From positions 320,001-384,000 of the forward strand of contig CAWJMT010000004.1 in NCBI GenBank assembly GCA_963844035.1: 64,000 nucleotides of DNA, written 5' to 3'. Position 1 is the first letter of the stretch; every line of letters starts with the position of its first letter. This document shows positions 41,948 through 53,100 of this stretch, in pieces. This DNA is from an uncultured Gemmatimonadales bacterium (lineage in GTDB: Bacteria > Gemmatimonadota > Gemmatimonadetes > Gemmatimonadales > GWC2-71-9). The notes under the pieces were generated by a model, which saw only the letters and a program-made list of their open reading frames with translations, was not told where the DNA came from and did not search any database. Made by a program: the position numbers and the translations under genes.

Positions 41948-43040
41948 CGCGGCCGCCACGCTCGAATCGGCGAGCGGCACCGGCCGCACCGGGCGGCCCG
42001 GCATCACCTTCTGGGTGCCGTCCACGATCACGCGGTCGCCCGGCCGCAGGCCCCGGTCGATGATCCAGAGTCCGCCGCTCCAGGGTCCGGGGTGGACGTC
42101 GCGCGCCACCGCGGTGTCGCCCGCGCCCACCACGTACACGAACTGGCGTCCCAATCCGGACAGCACCGCGCGCAGCGGGACCGCGAGGGCGCTGTCGCGC
42201 GCGAACCCCACCAGCCGCACCCGCACGAACTGCCCCGGCATGAGGATCCGGTCGGCGTTCGCGAACACGGACCGGAACTCCTGCGTTCCGGTCTCCGCGT
42301 CGAGCGCCGGCGCCACGAAGTCCAGCTGGCCGGTGCGCGGCAGCAGCGACCCGTCGGCGAGCACCACCTGCACCGTGAGCGGGCTCCCCTGCCGGATCAG
42401 GGCGCGAGCGCCGGGATCCCCGTGCCACGCGCCGAGCTGCTCGGAGGACGGCCGAAACGTCACGTAGACGGGATCGAGCCGGTCGATGGTCGTCAGCAGA
42501 TCGGCGGGACCGGTCACACGCGCGCCCACGTCCAGCATGGTGCGCCCCACCCGCCCGTCGATCTCGGCGCGTACGTCGGTGTCGTCCAGGTCCTTTTTCG
42601 CCTGCCGCAGCGCGGCCTGCGCCGACTCGAGCTCCGATTGCGCATTGTCCACCTCCTGCTGCGCGATCGCGTGCTCCGCCACCAGCGGCTCGATCCGGTC
42701 GTAGCGTCCGCTTGGCGTTTTCGAACCGCGCGAGCGCGCTGCGATACGCCGCGTCGTAGCGCACCCGCTCGAGGCGGTACAGCACCTGCCCCGCCTGCAC
42801 GAGCGACCCTTCCGTGAAGGGCCGCTGCTCGATGATGCCCTCCACCCGGGAGCGGACCTGCACCCGCCGGTACGACACTACCTCGCCGGTGAACTCGTAC
42901 GACTGGGACACCGTCCCCGGCCGCATCTCGATGATCGACACTTCGGGCGGCGGAAATTGTGGCGGCCCTCCCTTGGGGCCGCACGCGGCAACCATGATGA
43001 GGGCCGCAACCGCCCCTGCCAACGCGTCCTGCTTCTTCAC
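41944..43040 (-). CDS. RND periplasmic adaptor (MFP), frameshift near 42700
   Basis: Lipobox VAAC, VRSRVEGII, VRAEIDGRVG, LMPGQFVR. Confidence 0.88.
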
Positions 43041-43313
43041 TCAACCCCCTTTTGATCTGATGACGTCACCGGAAGCTCAATCGCGCGCGCCGCGCCATGT
43101 GCTCGTAAACCCGCCCGCTGTCGATCCAGTTCCGGCAGCGCGATTGGAGATACGTGGCCAGAGGAGGGCGAATAATGTCGATACAGTCCCGACGGTCAAC
43201 CGTTGCGCGCGCGCGACGCCCCTGTCTCAATACGCGGCGCGGTGCCGCGAACCGCGGCGCTGACCGGCGCCGCACGCACCCCCACAAAGCCCGCCATTCC
43301 TGGAGAACTCACA

Positions 43314-43328
43314 CGGCATGACGCTTGC
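43314..43328 (+). promoter_or_regulatory. Sigma54 (-24/-12) promoter
   Basis: CGGCATGACGCTTGC, GG-N10-GC spacing. Confidence 0.6.
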
Positions 43329-43377
43329 CCGGGATAACGACCCGCCGGGAGTCGCTGTACGAACCTCCGGCCCAGAG

Positions 43378-43458
43378 GCCGACAAAGGCACACCCGGAGC
43401 GATCCGGGGCCGCAAAGCCAGGAGTCTCCCCCGGGGAGACCGTCCGGTTGCCGACGCC
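43378..43458 (+). ncRNA. Cyclic di-GMP-I (GEMM) riboswitch
   Basis: AAAGGCACAC-CCGGA-GCGA-TCCGG-GGCCGCAAAGCC...GTCTCCC..GGGAGAC...GGTTGCCGA matches the GEMM-I layout. Confidence 0.85.
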
Positions 43459-43501
43459 GACGTCATGGCTCGGGATCCTACTCAACAGAGCGGACCGATC
43501 C

Positions 43502-43915
43502 ATGATTGGGAGGTCATCGCGAGAATTCCTTGGCATTCTCTCCGCCATCGCTTTATTGACCGGTTGCACGGCGAGCAATCTTGGTCCGGTGGTCGTTGGC
43601 ACACAGGTGGTGGCACATGAAGATTGGAAGCCGATTTGGGCGGACTTGCAGGCATGCACGGGAATCACTGGTGACTTCGCACGATTGAATGTCTATCAGT
43701 CGGCAAATGGCACACTGAGTGGTGAAGCGCTCGGTCGTTGGGTCGCTCCGCACAACATTTATCTTGCCGACTATGTATTCGAAACCAACTTCACGGCGAT
43801 CGTCCAACACGAGATGATTCACGACTTGATCGGGATGAGTGACCCCCACCATCTGAATCCACTCTGGAAGCAGTGCGATCCCAACTACGCCTTCATCGAA
43901 GAGAAGAACCGCTAG
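43502..43915 (+). CDS. Small lipoprotein with HExxH zincin motif
   Basis: LLTGC lipobox; IVQHEMIHDLIG. Confidence 0.75.
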   Translation: MIGRSSREFLGILSAIALLTGCTASNLGPVVVGTQVVAHEDWKPIWADLQACTGITGDFARLNVYQSANGTLSGEALGRWVAPHNIYLADYVFETNFTAIVQHEMIHDLIGMSDPHHLNPLWKQCDPNYAFIEEKNR

Positions 43916-43938
43916 GCGGGACGTTAGCAGCCTGGAGA

Positions 43939-44926
43939 TCAGGGTTGAAGTGGGGGAGCGCCCTCCTCGTCCGTCCCCGCCCCGGCGATCCGCTCGAACC
44001 GATCCTGCACCCGCCGGGCCTGCTTGTCGCTCTCCTCGAACTGCTTGTACGCATTGCCCAGGTGGGTGCCGACCTTCTCGAATACGCTCCGGAACGCGTC
44101 GAACTGCTGCCGCAGGGCGCCCAGGTGACTCTGGATCTCCTGGGCCCGTGCCTCGACCTTGAGCCCCTTCAGGCCGTGGAGGATGACGAGCAGATAGGCG
44201 TAGAAGGTGTGCGGCGAGACCGGGACCACCTTGCGGGCCATGGCGTGAGCGAGGAGGCCCGCCCCGTCGTCGGGACCGTGGTCGCGCAGCATGCTTTCGT
44301 AGTAGACGTTCTCGGCCGGGACGTACATCAGGGCGAAGTCGTAGGTCCCCTCGTCGGGGCGAATGTACTTGTCGGCGATCTCGTCCACCCGGGCCTTGAG
44401 GGAGCGGATGAACGCCCGCCGCTCGCGCGCGGCTTCTTCCCCCGATGCCTCGAGCATCCGCTGGCAGGCTTCGAGCGGAAACTTGGCGTCCACCGGCACC
44501 AGCCGCGTCCCCACCCTCACCACGGCGTCCACCCGCTCACCCGACTTGAAGGCGTACTGCATCTGATAGAAGGCAGCGGGCAGGATCTGCCGCAGCAGCT
44601 CTTCGAGCCAGGTTTCGCCGATCATGCCCCGCAGCTTCGGGACCTGGAGCAGCTGCTGCACTTCGGTCACCGCACCGCCGACCGTCTCGAGCCGCTTGGT
44701 CACCTCACCGAGCTGCCCGAGCCGCTCGCGGACGTCCGACAGCACCTGCGTCTGGGCCGCACTTCCCTCCGCCAAGCGCGCGCGGCACCTGCTGCTGTGC
44801 CGCGATCAGCGCGTCGAAACGGGAGCGGAGCTCGATGAGTTGCTGTTGGACCGGCCGCAGCACGAGCACGAGGAGCAGCGCGATCACGAGCGCAAGCGCG
44901 GCGAGGAGCATTGCCTGTGATACCAT
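43939..44926 (-). CDS. rmuC: DNA recombination protein RmuC, frameshift near 44775
   Basis: N-terminal TM helix, PKLRGMIGE, VDAKFP, DFALMYVPAE, VSPHT. Confidence 0.88.
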
Positions 44927-45241
44927 TCAGCGCACCCGCACTTTGAAGCCGCCGCCCGCGTCGTCCGGGGCCCATTCGGCGGCCAGGGGGCCGAGCGAGC
45001 CCTTCAGCAGGCCGGCGACCACCCCGCGCAGCACCGGTCCGGCCGGCGACCCTCTCCCCCTTCCGGTGATGATGTGCACGATCGCCCCGGGCTTGCGACG
45101 CTGCCACCGCTCGAGAAAGGCGCGCACGGCGGGCGGGGCTTCGATCGCACTGAACCCGTGCAGGTCGAGCTCGCCATCGGTGCGGGCGTCGAGCAGCGGA
45201 TCGCTCGAGTCGAAGGTCGGGTGGTTTCCACGCTTCCCCAC
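44927..45241 (-). CDS. Smr domain protein
   Basis: LDLHG, IITGRGRGS. Confidence 0.88.
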   Translation of the reverse strand: MGKRGNHPTFDSSDPLLDARTDGELDLHGFSAIEAPPAVRAFLERWQRRKPGAIVHIITGRGRGSPAGPVLRGVVAGLLKGSLGPLAAEWAPDDAGGGFKVRVR

Positions 45242-45308
45242 GACACACTCTACAATTTTCTGGGACTGTTTGCGCGACGGAAGGAGTCCCCGGGCTAAAC
45301 CCCGGGGG

Positions 45309-45725
45309 CTATTGGCAGACGGGAGCGCCCTCGGGCGACGCAGCGGTCGCCGGTGCGGCAGGGGTCACCAGGCCGGTGTAAATGGCGCAGCTCTTCGACG
45401 TGTTGACGTTCGTGACGCTGACGGTCCAGCCCGCCTGCGTGCCCGCCCCGGTCGTCACGGTCCCCAGGGTATTCCCGACGGTCGTGCAGAACGATACCGA
45501 GCCCGCGGGTGCCGGGTTGGCGCACGAAACGGCCGTGGTGTACTTGAGCGAGTCGGCGAAGTAGGCCTCCTCGGCGGTCACGAAGTTGCGCAGGTCCGAT
45601 TTCATCGACGCGATGTACGCCTTTTCCTTCGTGTTGGCGAACTTCGGGATCGCGATCGACGCCAAGATCCCGATGATCACCACCACGATCAGCAGCTCGA
45701 TCAGCGTGAAGCCCTTACGGTTCAT
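45309..45725 (-). CDS. Type IV pilin
   Basis: MNRKG|FTLIELLIVVVIIGILASIAIPKF prepilin site; four Cys in the C-terminal domain. Confidence 0.92.
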   Translation of the reverse strand: MNRKGFTLIELLIVVVIIGILASIAIPKFANTKEKAYIASMKSDLRNFVTAEEAYFADSLKYTTAVSCANPAPAGSVSFCTTVGNTLGTVTTGAGTQAGWTVSVTNVNTSKSCAIYTGLVTPAAPATAASPEGAPVCQ

Positions 45726-45802
45726 TCTCAGTATCCCCCATGACGGGACCAGTACGGTCCCACTGGAACGACAGGTTCGAATCGGTTGCCCCAGATTGCA
45801 GC

Positions 45803-45817
45803 GCAAGTCAGATGCCC
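45803..45817 (-). promoter_or_regulatory. Sigma54 promoter of the pilin gene
   Basis: GGGCATCTGACTTGC (GG-N10-GC) about 80 nt upstream of the ATG. Confidence 0.6.
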
Positions 45818-45991
45818 GGGAGGGCACAGTCGTCATAAGTAAGCCACGCTGTAATGAGTTAAGTGCTATCGCGGCGGGCGGGAGGGACACGGCCCCGCAG
45901 GCCGAGTGTGGGACTTCTGCCTCAAGCGGAGCGGCGTGGAGGCACCTTGGGGTGGGTTGGGGGGGCGAACGCCGCCCCCCCATTCGCTGCG

Positions 45992-46834
45992 CTAGCGGCC
46001 CGTTGCGACCTCGAGGTCACTGTGACCGTGGTGGTCGCCATCGTGATGGTCGCCGTCACCATGGTCGTGATCATCGTGTCCATCGTGGTTGTTATCGCCG
46101 AACGCCCGGAACGACCGTTTGATGTTGCGGGAGATGATTGCGGCGTTGCGGGGATCCGCCGGGTCAAGGACCGCGCCGCTCGAGTTCGTGAACCAGCTCG
46201 CGACGTCAACCGTGATGGTGACGTTCGAGGTACTGGGCCCCACAGTGATCGGGACCGGGAACTTGATGTGAATCGCCGCATGCCCGCGCGATTTGAAATC
46301 GAACGGATGGCTCATCCCGGCCGTGTCGGTGAACGTCCCTGACGCCAATACGGCACCGAGCTGCACCATGACCCCTTTGTAGGTGCCAGCGGGAACGAGC
46401 GCGTCGAGGACGAGCGCCGTCGAGGTGTCGAGCGGGAGATCGACGGTCAGCGGTCCGACCTTCAGCACCGCGCATCCCTTCTCGTCATCTTCGTCGTCAT
46501 CACCTTCGTGGTCGCCGTCGTGGTCCCCTTCATGGTCTCCTTCACGTCCGTCGAAGCTCATCATCGTTGGCAGAGTGTCTTCGGGTTCCTCGAGATCGCA
46601 GCTCGAATCCACCGGGGCGAGCATCACCTTCCGTAACACGACCTGCGCGGTGGTGAACGTGAGCGAGCCACCGCTCACGCCACCGTGATGCTCCGTCGCA
46701 CCGGGCGTCGTCGTTGTCGAGATGGTGAGGGATCGGGTCGGCGAATTGCTCGGGTCGCAAGCGGTGAGGGTGACGATCAACGGGGCGAGCCACATGACGT
46801 GGCAACGCAAAGACGGCGGAACGGCTCGCATCAT
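45992..46834 (-). CDS. Lipoprotein with His/Asp-rich tracts (DUF4382-like)
   Basis: LTAC lipobox, VPAGTY, GDHEGDHDGDHEG and HDGHDDHDHGDGDHHDGDHHGH tracts. Confidence 0.7.
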   Translation of the reverse strand: MMRAVPPSLRCHVMWLAPLIVTLTACDPSNSPTRSLTISTTTTPGATEHHGGVSGGSLTFTTAQVVLRKVMLAPVDSSCDLEEPEDTLPTMMSFDGREGDHEGDHDGDHEGDDDEDDEKGCAVLKVGPLTVDLPLDTSTALVLDALVPAGTYKGVMVQLGAVLASGTFTDTAGMSHPFDFKSRGHAAIHIKFPVPITVGPSTSNVTITVDVASWFTNSSGAVLDPADPRNAAIISRNIKRSFRAFGDNNHDGHDDHDHGDGDHHDGDHHGHSDLEVATGR

Positions 46835-46976
46835 GGTGGACCTCTCAGGTTGCGTGAAACGGGATCTGCTGTCACAACATACCCCGGCAACGCAAAATGG
46901 AGTTCCGTGAAATTTTGGAGACAATGCATGAGACCAATGCGCCGGTGTCCTGCATCACACGGCACGCGGTTGGACG

Positions 46977-48434
46977 TCAGAGATACGGCTGCGCGAGCCA
47001 GGCAACGCCGTCCCGTAGTTTCACCGCGAGACTGCGCCCCTCGAGGTCGTCGAGGGTGACGCGCCTTGCGGTGGCCATCTTGGCGTCGAACACCTCGTTG
47101 AGCTGAGCGGCAAGCGCGGTCGAGTAGCACTCGACGGAATATTCGAAGTTGAGACGCAGACTGCGCGGATCCCAGTTCGCCGAGCCGATCATGGACCACA
47201 CACCATCCATCACGAAGAGCTTCGAGTGGTCGAAGGGAGGGGGCGAGAGGTACACCTCGCAGCCCCAGCGCACGACCTGCGAGAGCTGAGCGGTCGCGGC
47301 CCACTGGACTAGGCGCAGGTTGCCGCGCTCGGGCAGAATGATCTCGACCCGTACGCCGCGCAGCGCGGCCACGCGCAGCGCATCGATCAAGGGTGGATCG
47401 GGCAAGAAGTATGGCGTGGCGATCCGGATGGAGCTGGTCGCCTGGGCGAGCGCGCCCAGGATAGTCATGAGCAGGGTCTCGAAATTCTCGTCCGGGCCAT
47501 CGGCCACGCCACGGGCGAGTATCGCGCCGGCGGCCTCGAGCGGCGGAAACCAGACCGGGCCCGCGAGCGGTTCGCGGGTCGTGAACTCCCAATCGAACGC
47601 GACAGCTCGCATCAGCTGCTTTACCACCGGCCCGCGGACGCGAAAGTGCACGTCTTGGGTCGGCTCGGCCGGCTCGAGCGCGAGCATGCAACCATCGCGG
47701 ATGTTCAGACCGCCGCAGAACGCGATCGTCCCATCCACCACCATCAGCTTGCGGTGGTTGCGCAGGTTGACATACGGGTGGGGCAAGGGGACGCGTGGCG
47801 TCAGGAACCGGGCAACCGTGATGCCATGCGCGCGCAACGTTCTCATGATCGGCGGACGGCTGTAGCGCGCACCCACGCCGTCGATCAGCACGCGTACCAT
47901 CACGCCACGCTGCACCGCACGCGCGAGCGCGTCGATGAAGCGGTCCGCGACCTGACCGCGGTCGAAGATGTAGGTGGTCAAGCCAATGCTGCGCGTCGCG
48001 CCGTCGATGGCGGCGAGCATCGCCGGGTAGGCCGTATCGCCGTTCAGCAACAGGTCCACCGCATTTCCCGTCGTGAGTTCCACTCCGGTCACTGCGCCCA
48101 CCATTGTACCCAGTGGTCGAAGCGCCGGCGGGATGCCGGATGGCAGCGTCGTCTCGCAGCGCGGCGGCGCCTTGGGACCCGGCGGGTCGGTCCAACGGAG
48201 CGATCTCCCCAGGCGCATCCGTCCCGCCTGGCGGCGGATGCGATTGATCCCGAACATCGCGTACAGCCCCGCGCCCAGGAACGGCGTGAGCCACACCAAC
48301 CCCACCCACCCGATGGCGCCCCGCACGTCCTGCTTGGTCAGGACGATATGCGCGGAGACGGCCAGTGCGACGACCATGTGCGCGGCGGCCGTGAGTGTAG
48401 ACAGAGTCCAAGGGCCCAGGTGAAAGATCGACAC
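46977..48434 (-). CDS. cls: Cardiolipin synthase (PLD family)
   Basis: Two HKD motifs: RNHRKLMVVD and HSKLFVMD..GSANWDPRS. Confidence 0.9.
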   Translation of the reverse strand: MSIFHLGPWTLSTLTAAAHMVVALAVSAHIVLTKQDVRGAIGWVGLVWLTPFLGAGLYAMFGINRIRRQAGRMRLGRSLRWTDPPGPKAPPRCETTLPSGIPPALRPLGTMVGAVTGVELTTGNAVDLLLNGDTAYPAMLAAIDGATRSIGLTTYIFDRGQVADRFIDALARAVQRGVMVRVLIDGVGARYSRPPIMRTLRAHGITVARFLTPRVPLPHPYVNLRNHRKLMVVDGTIAFCGGLNIRDGCMLALEPAEPTQDVHFRVRGPVVKQLMRAVAFDWEFTTREPLAGPVWFPPLEAAGAILARGVADGPDENFETLLMTILGALAQATSSIRIATPYFLPDPPLIDALRVAALRGVRVEIILPERGNLRLVQWAATAQLSQVVRWGCEVYLSPPPFDHSKLFVMDGVWSMIGSANWDPRSLRLNFEYSVECYSTALAAQLNEVFDAKMATARRVTLDDLEGRSLAVKLRDGVAWLAQPYL

Positions 48435-48652
48435 CCTGAAATGGTGCGTCCGCTAGGCGAAGACTGCAACCATCTAGGAAACAGTCGCACAGACGCATTG
48501 GGAGGTTTGCCCACAGGTACAATGGACTCAAGGATGCAGCGCACTCACTCTGTGTACGGTGAGATGAAACCCGTGGGACACCAATCAGCGTCGCGGGTAT
48601 GCTCGGAGAGTGCTGGTGCGGTCTTCTCTGTAAACCGAAGGAGGGACGAGTC

Positions 48653-48946
48653 ATGTCGCAGCGAACAGATCGCCTTATGAAGGTGGCAATGCAAGCAGCG
48701 AAGCAAGCCAAACAGTGGGCGATCGTCGCAGGACGGGAGGCTGAGAAGCTGATGAAAGAGGCCAAGAAGCGGGCAGAATCGCTGGAACGCCGGCGTCAAC
48801 TCAAGAAGCGACTGGTGCATACCGCGCGGGTGATGCGAGCGGCCGGCAAAGCGGCCGTTGTCGCAGGGGTCGCAGCGGGGATCGCGGCCGCCGGGGCCGA
48901 GCTTAGCGCCGGCCGCAAGCAGGCGAAAAAGCTCAAGAAGGGCTAG
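48653..48946 (+). CDS. Small basic helical hypothetical protein
   Basis: RBS GGAGG, Lys/Ala-rich 97-aa ORF. Confidence 0.6.
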   Translation: MSQRTDRLMKVAMQAAKQAKQWAIVAGREAEKLMKEAKKRAESLERRRQLKKRLVHTARVMRAAGKAAVVAGVAAGIAAAGAELSAGRKQAKKLKKG

Positions 48947-48977
48947 GGCCCACGCCCGGGGTAGTGGGCTCGCCCGC

Positions 48978-50073
48978 TCAGGGCGCGAACACCCCGATGT
49001 CGATCGACGACGGCCCTACCCCGGGCGCGATGCTATCCACCAGCGCAAACGCTGGTGAATAGACGAACACGTACGGGGGCAGCGACTGCGACGGGCTGCC
49101 GAAGAACACCTGATAGATCGATCCGTCGCTTGCCTGCGTGGCGTCGAACGCACCGCGGCACGGCATGCCGGGTTCGGTGGTCACCCGCGCGCACACCGGG
49201 TTGAGCACGTCGCGCACGAAGGTGTGGGTCGCCGTGTTCCACACCAGCGTCCCGGTGAAAAAGCCCGACACATACGCCAGGCCGGTGGCGCCGATCTTGA
49301 TGCTCCCGGGCCCAGGGCCGAACCCGGAGTAGGTCCCCAGCACCTGCAAGCGTGGACGGGTTGATCGCGGTCACGCTTCCGTCGGCCACGTAGTCCCTGG
49401 TGTTCACCACGTAGACCAGGCCATCCGGGCCGACCGCCGCGGCCGAGGAGTTGGTGCCGCCGCTCTCGAGCGTGCCGATGCGGCGTCATCGTCGCGGGAT
49501 CGATCACGGTGACGACACCCGGGCCCGATCGGCGTGTAGAACGCGTCCAGATTGACCGAGACCACGAACGCCTTGCCCGCCGTCACCACGATCGCCGTGG
49601 GACCGGGCGCACCGACATGCACCGTGTCGGTGATCGCCGTGCTCGCCTGGTGAAACGTCACCTTGCCGACATAGTTGTTGACCACGTTCGCCACCAGGAA
49701 TGTGGTGTCGTTCACGAAGGCGACGCCGGTCGCGTTGCCCGACGGAAAGGTGAAGAACCGCTCGATCCGGGCTCCTTCGAGATCCACCAGCGCGACGCTC
49801 GCGGCGTCGCCCAGCGGCACCACGGCGTGCGTGCCGCGATAGGCGAGACCGACCGGCGTGACGGCGCTGCTCGCGCCGAACGGGATTTCGCGCCTGGTGG
49901 ACGGGCTGCCGAGCTGGAACAGGGTGAGCGCTTTGCCGGTCGAGTTCACCACCAGTCCGATCTGCGGATTGCTCGCCGTCCCCTGGAGGAAGTCCCGCGT
50001 GACCGGCGCGGCCGGATCCGTCGCTGCACGCGCCGACGCCCAGCACTGCCAACAGGAGAATGAATTGCTTCAT
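48978..50073 (-). CDS. YncE-like beta-propeller lipoprotein in B12 operon, several frameshifts
   Basis: MKQFILLLAVLGVGAC lipobox; ATGA overlap with the receptor gene; repeated beta-blade motifs. Confidence 0.7.
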
Positions 50074-52295
50074 TGCCAAGCCTCTATGGTGTAGGTGAAG
50101 TCGCGGGTGCGGCGGCCGCGCGGCCCCGCACGTTGACGGTGAACCGCCAGACCCGTCCGGGAGACGGGTAGTCGATCAGCATGGCGCCGGCAGTGTCGAA
50201 TACGTCGTCGACGGCGAGCGCGAGCTCCATTCCGGCGTGCGACGAGTCGAACGCGACGCGCGATCTGCAGGTCAGTCACGCCGAATGCCGGCAGGGTGTT
50301 CAGGTCGCTGCCCGCGATCGAGCGGCGCGTGCCGATGTAGCGATAGCGCAGGGTGCCGCGGAACCCGAGCGTCGAGGCCGCGAGCGATCCATTCGCGGTG
50401 TAGCGCGGGCGGTAGGCGACCTGGCCCGAGAGCACCGGCCCGCGGTACTCGACGGCGACGTCGCTCACGTTGCCCGCGAGCGCCATGTCCGCGACCGGGA
50501 GATTCACGGCGGCGCCGAGCTCGGCGCCGCGGCGCCGCACGTCGTAGTTGCCGGGGCTCCACACGTAGCGAAAGTTCGGGAACCACAGGATCATCCCGTC
50601 GATGTCGGCCCGAAACAGCGACACCGTACCGTTCGCGGTCGTGCGGCCGATCCGCAGCGGCTTGGACGCAAGCTGTAGCTGCCAATCGTTGCGGACCCGC
50701 TCCGGCTCGAGATCGGGGTTGGGCTGAGCGAGCACGCCGGGCTGGAAGAACTGATCCGCCAGGGACGGTGGGGCGAACGCATTCGCCCAGGAGACTTGAA
50801 CGGTGGCGCCGGGAACGGCGACGCTCGCGCCCACCGTCGGCGACCAGTAGACGCCGCCGCCCTGGTCCATTCCATCCACGCGCGCCGCCGCCCAGAACGC
50901 GGGGTGCGCGGGGCCGCTTGACCCCAGCTTGGGCTCCGTGCTCGCCCGTAGCCAGCGCGCTCAGCACCTGCTGGGACGTCGGCGCATCGGCGGTGAGCGC
51001 CGAAGCGCGCACGTCGAGCCAGCGCCCTTCCCCCCCGAGGGAGAGGTGCACCGGGCCGCGGTTGCGACCCAGCTCCGTGGTCGCCTGGAGTTGGCGCACG
51101 CGCACCGAGTCGTCGTAGGGCGGAGACGATGGCGGCGCGGGATCGGTGTAGCGCGCCTCGCGCTCGCTCGCATCGACGTCGGCGCGCCACTCGAGCGTGC
51201 CGATCACCCGGCGAGTAGAAAGGGCTGCCCCGAGTCGATGCTCCGCCTGGCGCGCGTCTGGAGTCGGCTGAGCGATCGGTCCGGGGAGTCCCCGCGCGAC
51301 GTCGAGGTAGTCGGCGCGGACCTCCACGATCGAGCGCCGGCCGGCCAGCCGGAACGTGCCGAGCAGCGAGTTGTTGCGCCCGTCGCCATTCTCCCGCTCG
51401 GCGGTGCCACCACCCCGGACCGGGGGGACGTCGTACTCAAAGTCGCCGGCGAACTGATTGAGGCCCCCGGAGAGCGAGCCTGCCAGCGTGCGCTCGCCCC
51501 GCTCGCGGACCAGCGAGGCGGCGCCCCGCGCAGTACGCTCCCCCCATTCACCGGCGCCGAGTGCGAGCCAGCCTTCGGTGACTGTCGGACGGCGTCGCTC
51601 GATCGCGATCACACCCGCGAGCGCGCGCGACCCGTATCGCGCCGCGGCGCCGCCTCGCACGATGGTCACACGCTCGATCTGCTCGAGCGGCAGCGAGGCG
51701 AGATCCACCTCGCCGGTGGTCGGATCGTTCAGCGGCACCCCGTCGAGCAGCACGAGGACTTCCTGCGCCGAGCTGCCGCGGATCGAGACCGACGCCGGTG
51801 ACCCCGGGCCGCCGTGCTGGGTGATCGTGACACTCGGTTGTCCGGCGAGCAGCGCGGGCATGTCGGGGGCGTGGGCCGCGTCGATTTGCGCCCGATCGAT
51901 TACTGAGGTGCCGGGGCCGTCCGGGCGCGCGGCGGTCACGGCGATCGGCGCCAGCGTCACCGGATTCGCCTCGAGCAGCACCACCAGCTGCTCCACGCGC
52001 CCGTCGGCGAGGGTGACGCGCCGGCGCGCGGGGCGATATCCGATCGCGGCGACCTCGATCTCCCACTCACCCGCCGGCAAGCCCCTGACCCGGAACCGGC
52101 CCGACGCATCGGTCTGGACGACCAGTCCGGTCAGCAACACCGACACTCGTGCGCTCGGTAGTGCCTGCTGCGTCTGTGCGTCTGTAACCTGTCCCACTAG
52201 TTCTGCAGGAAACTGCGCGACGAGCGGCGCGGCGGCGCATCCGAGCACGCCGCGACGACCAACGCGGCTCGCATCAGGGAACGTTCAGGTCGCAT
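50070..52295 (-). CDS. TonB-dependent receptor (BtuB-like), frameshifts
   Basis: N-terminal carboxypeptidase-regulatory-like domain; plug SIRGS..VLVLLDGVP..IERVTIVRG..YGS; B12 riboswitch operon. Confidence 0.85.
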
Positions 52296-53100
52296 CGGCG
52301 TCACGCATGCGGGGAACGATCAACGGCGCGCCCGCGTCGGGGCCCGGCCCCGGATGCCGCACGACCTCGACCGGCCAGTTGTACACGCGCGACAGCGTCG
52401 CTTCGGTCAACACGTCGCGCGGCGCGCCCGCCACCGCCAACCGCCCGCGATCGAACAGCAGCACCCGATCGGCGAGGCGGGCGGCGAGGGTGAGGTTGTG
52501 GGTGACGATCACGACCGACCGGCCCGCGCCCGCCAACCGCCGGCAGAGCACGAACAACTCGACCTCGTGACGCACGTCGAGCCCGGCCGACGGCTCGTCG
52601 AGCACCAGCGCTTCCCCCTGCTGCGCCAGCGCGCGCGCGATGCGGATGCGCTGGCGCTCGCCGCCGCTCAGCGAGTCGAACCGCCGCGCCGCGAACTCCG
52701 TCGCCTCCACGTCGGCGAGCGCCTCCGCGATGAGGCGGCGATCCTCCGCTCCTTCGGCGCGCCAGGGGCCGAGGTGGGGATAGCGCCCCATCGCGACGAC
52801 CTCGCGCGCGCGCAGCGGAAACGCCGTCTCTTCGCCCTGGGGCACGAATCCCACTCGGCGCGCCATGGCCTCGCGCGGCCAGGCACCGGCCGGCCGGCCG
52901 CTGTAGAGCACTTCGCCCCGCGTCGGCTGGGCGAGCCCCAGGAGCAGCCGCGCGAAGGTCGACTTCCCTGCGCCATTGGGGCCGATGAGCGCCGTCAACG
53001 CTCCAGGGGCGATCGTGCACTCGACGTCCACGACCGCTTCCTCGGCGCCGCCGGGGTAGCGGAACGCGGCGCGGCGCGCCTCCCACACCGGCTCAGACAT
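52285..53100 (-). CDS. ABC ATPase of cobalamin/siderophore type (BtuD-like)
   Basis: GPNGAGKST, LSGGERQR, LDEP. Confidence 0.92.
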   Translation of the reverse strand: MSEPVWEARRAAFRYPGGAEEAVVDVECTIAPGALTALIGPNGAGKSTFARLLLGLAQPTRGEVLYSGRPAGAWPREAMARRVGFVPQGEETAFPLRAREVVAMGRYPHLGPWRAEGAEDRRLIAEALADVEATEFAARRFDSLSGGERQRIRIARALAQQGEALVLDEPSAGLDVRHEVELFVLCRRLAGAGRSVVIVTHNLTLAARLADRVLLFDRGRLAVAGAPRDVLTEATLSRVYNWPVEVVRHPGPGPDAGAPLIVPRMRDADAT

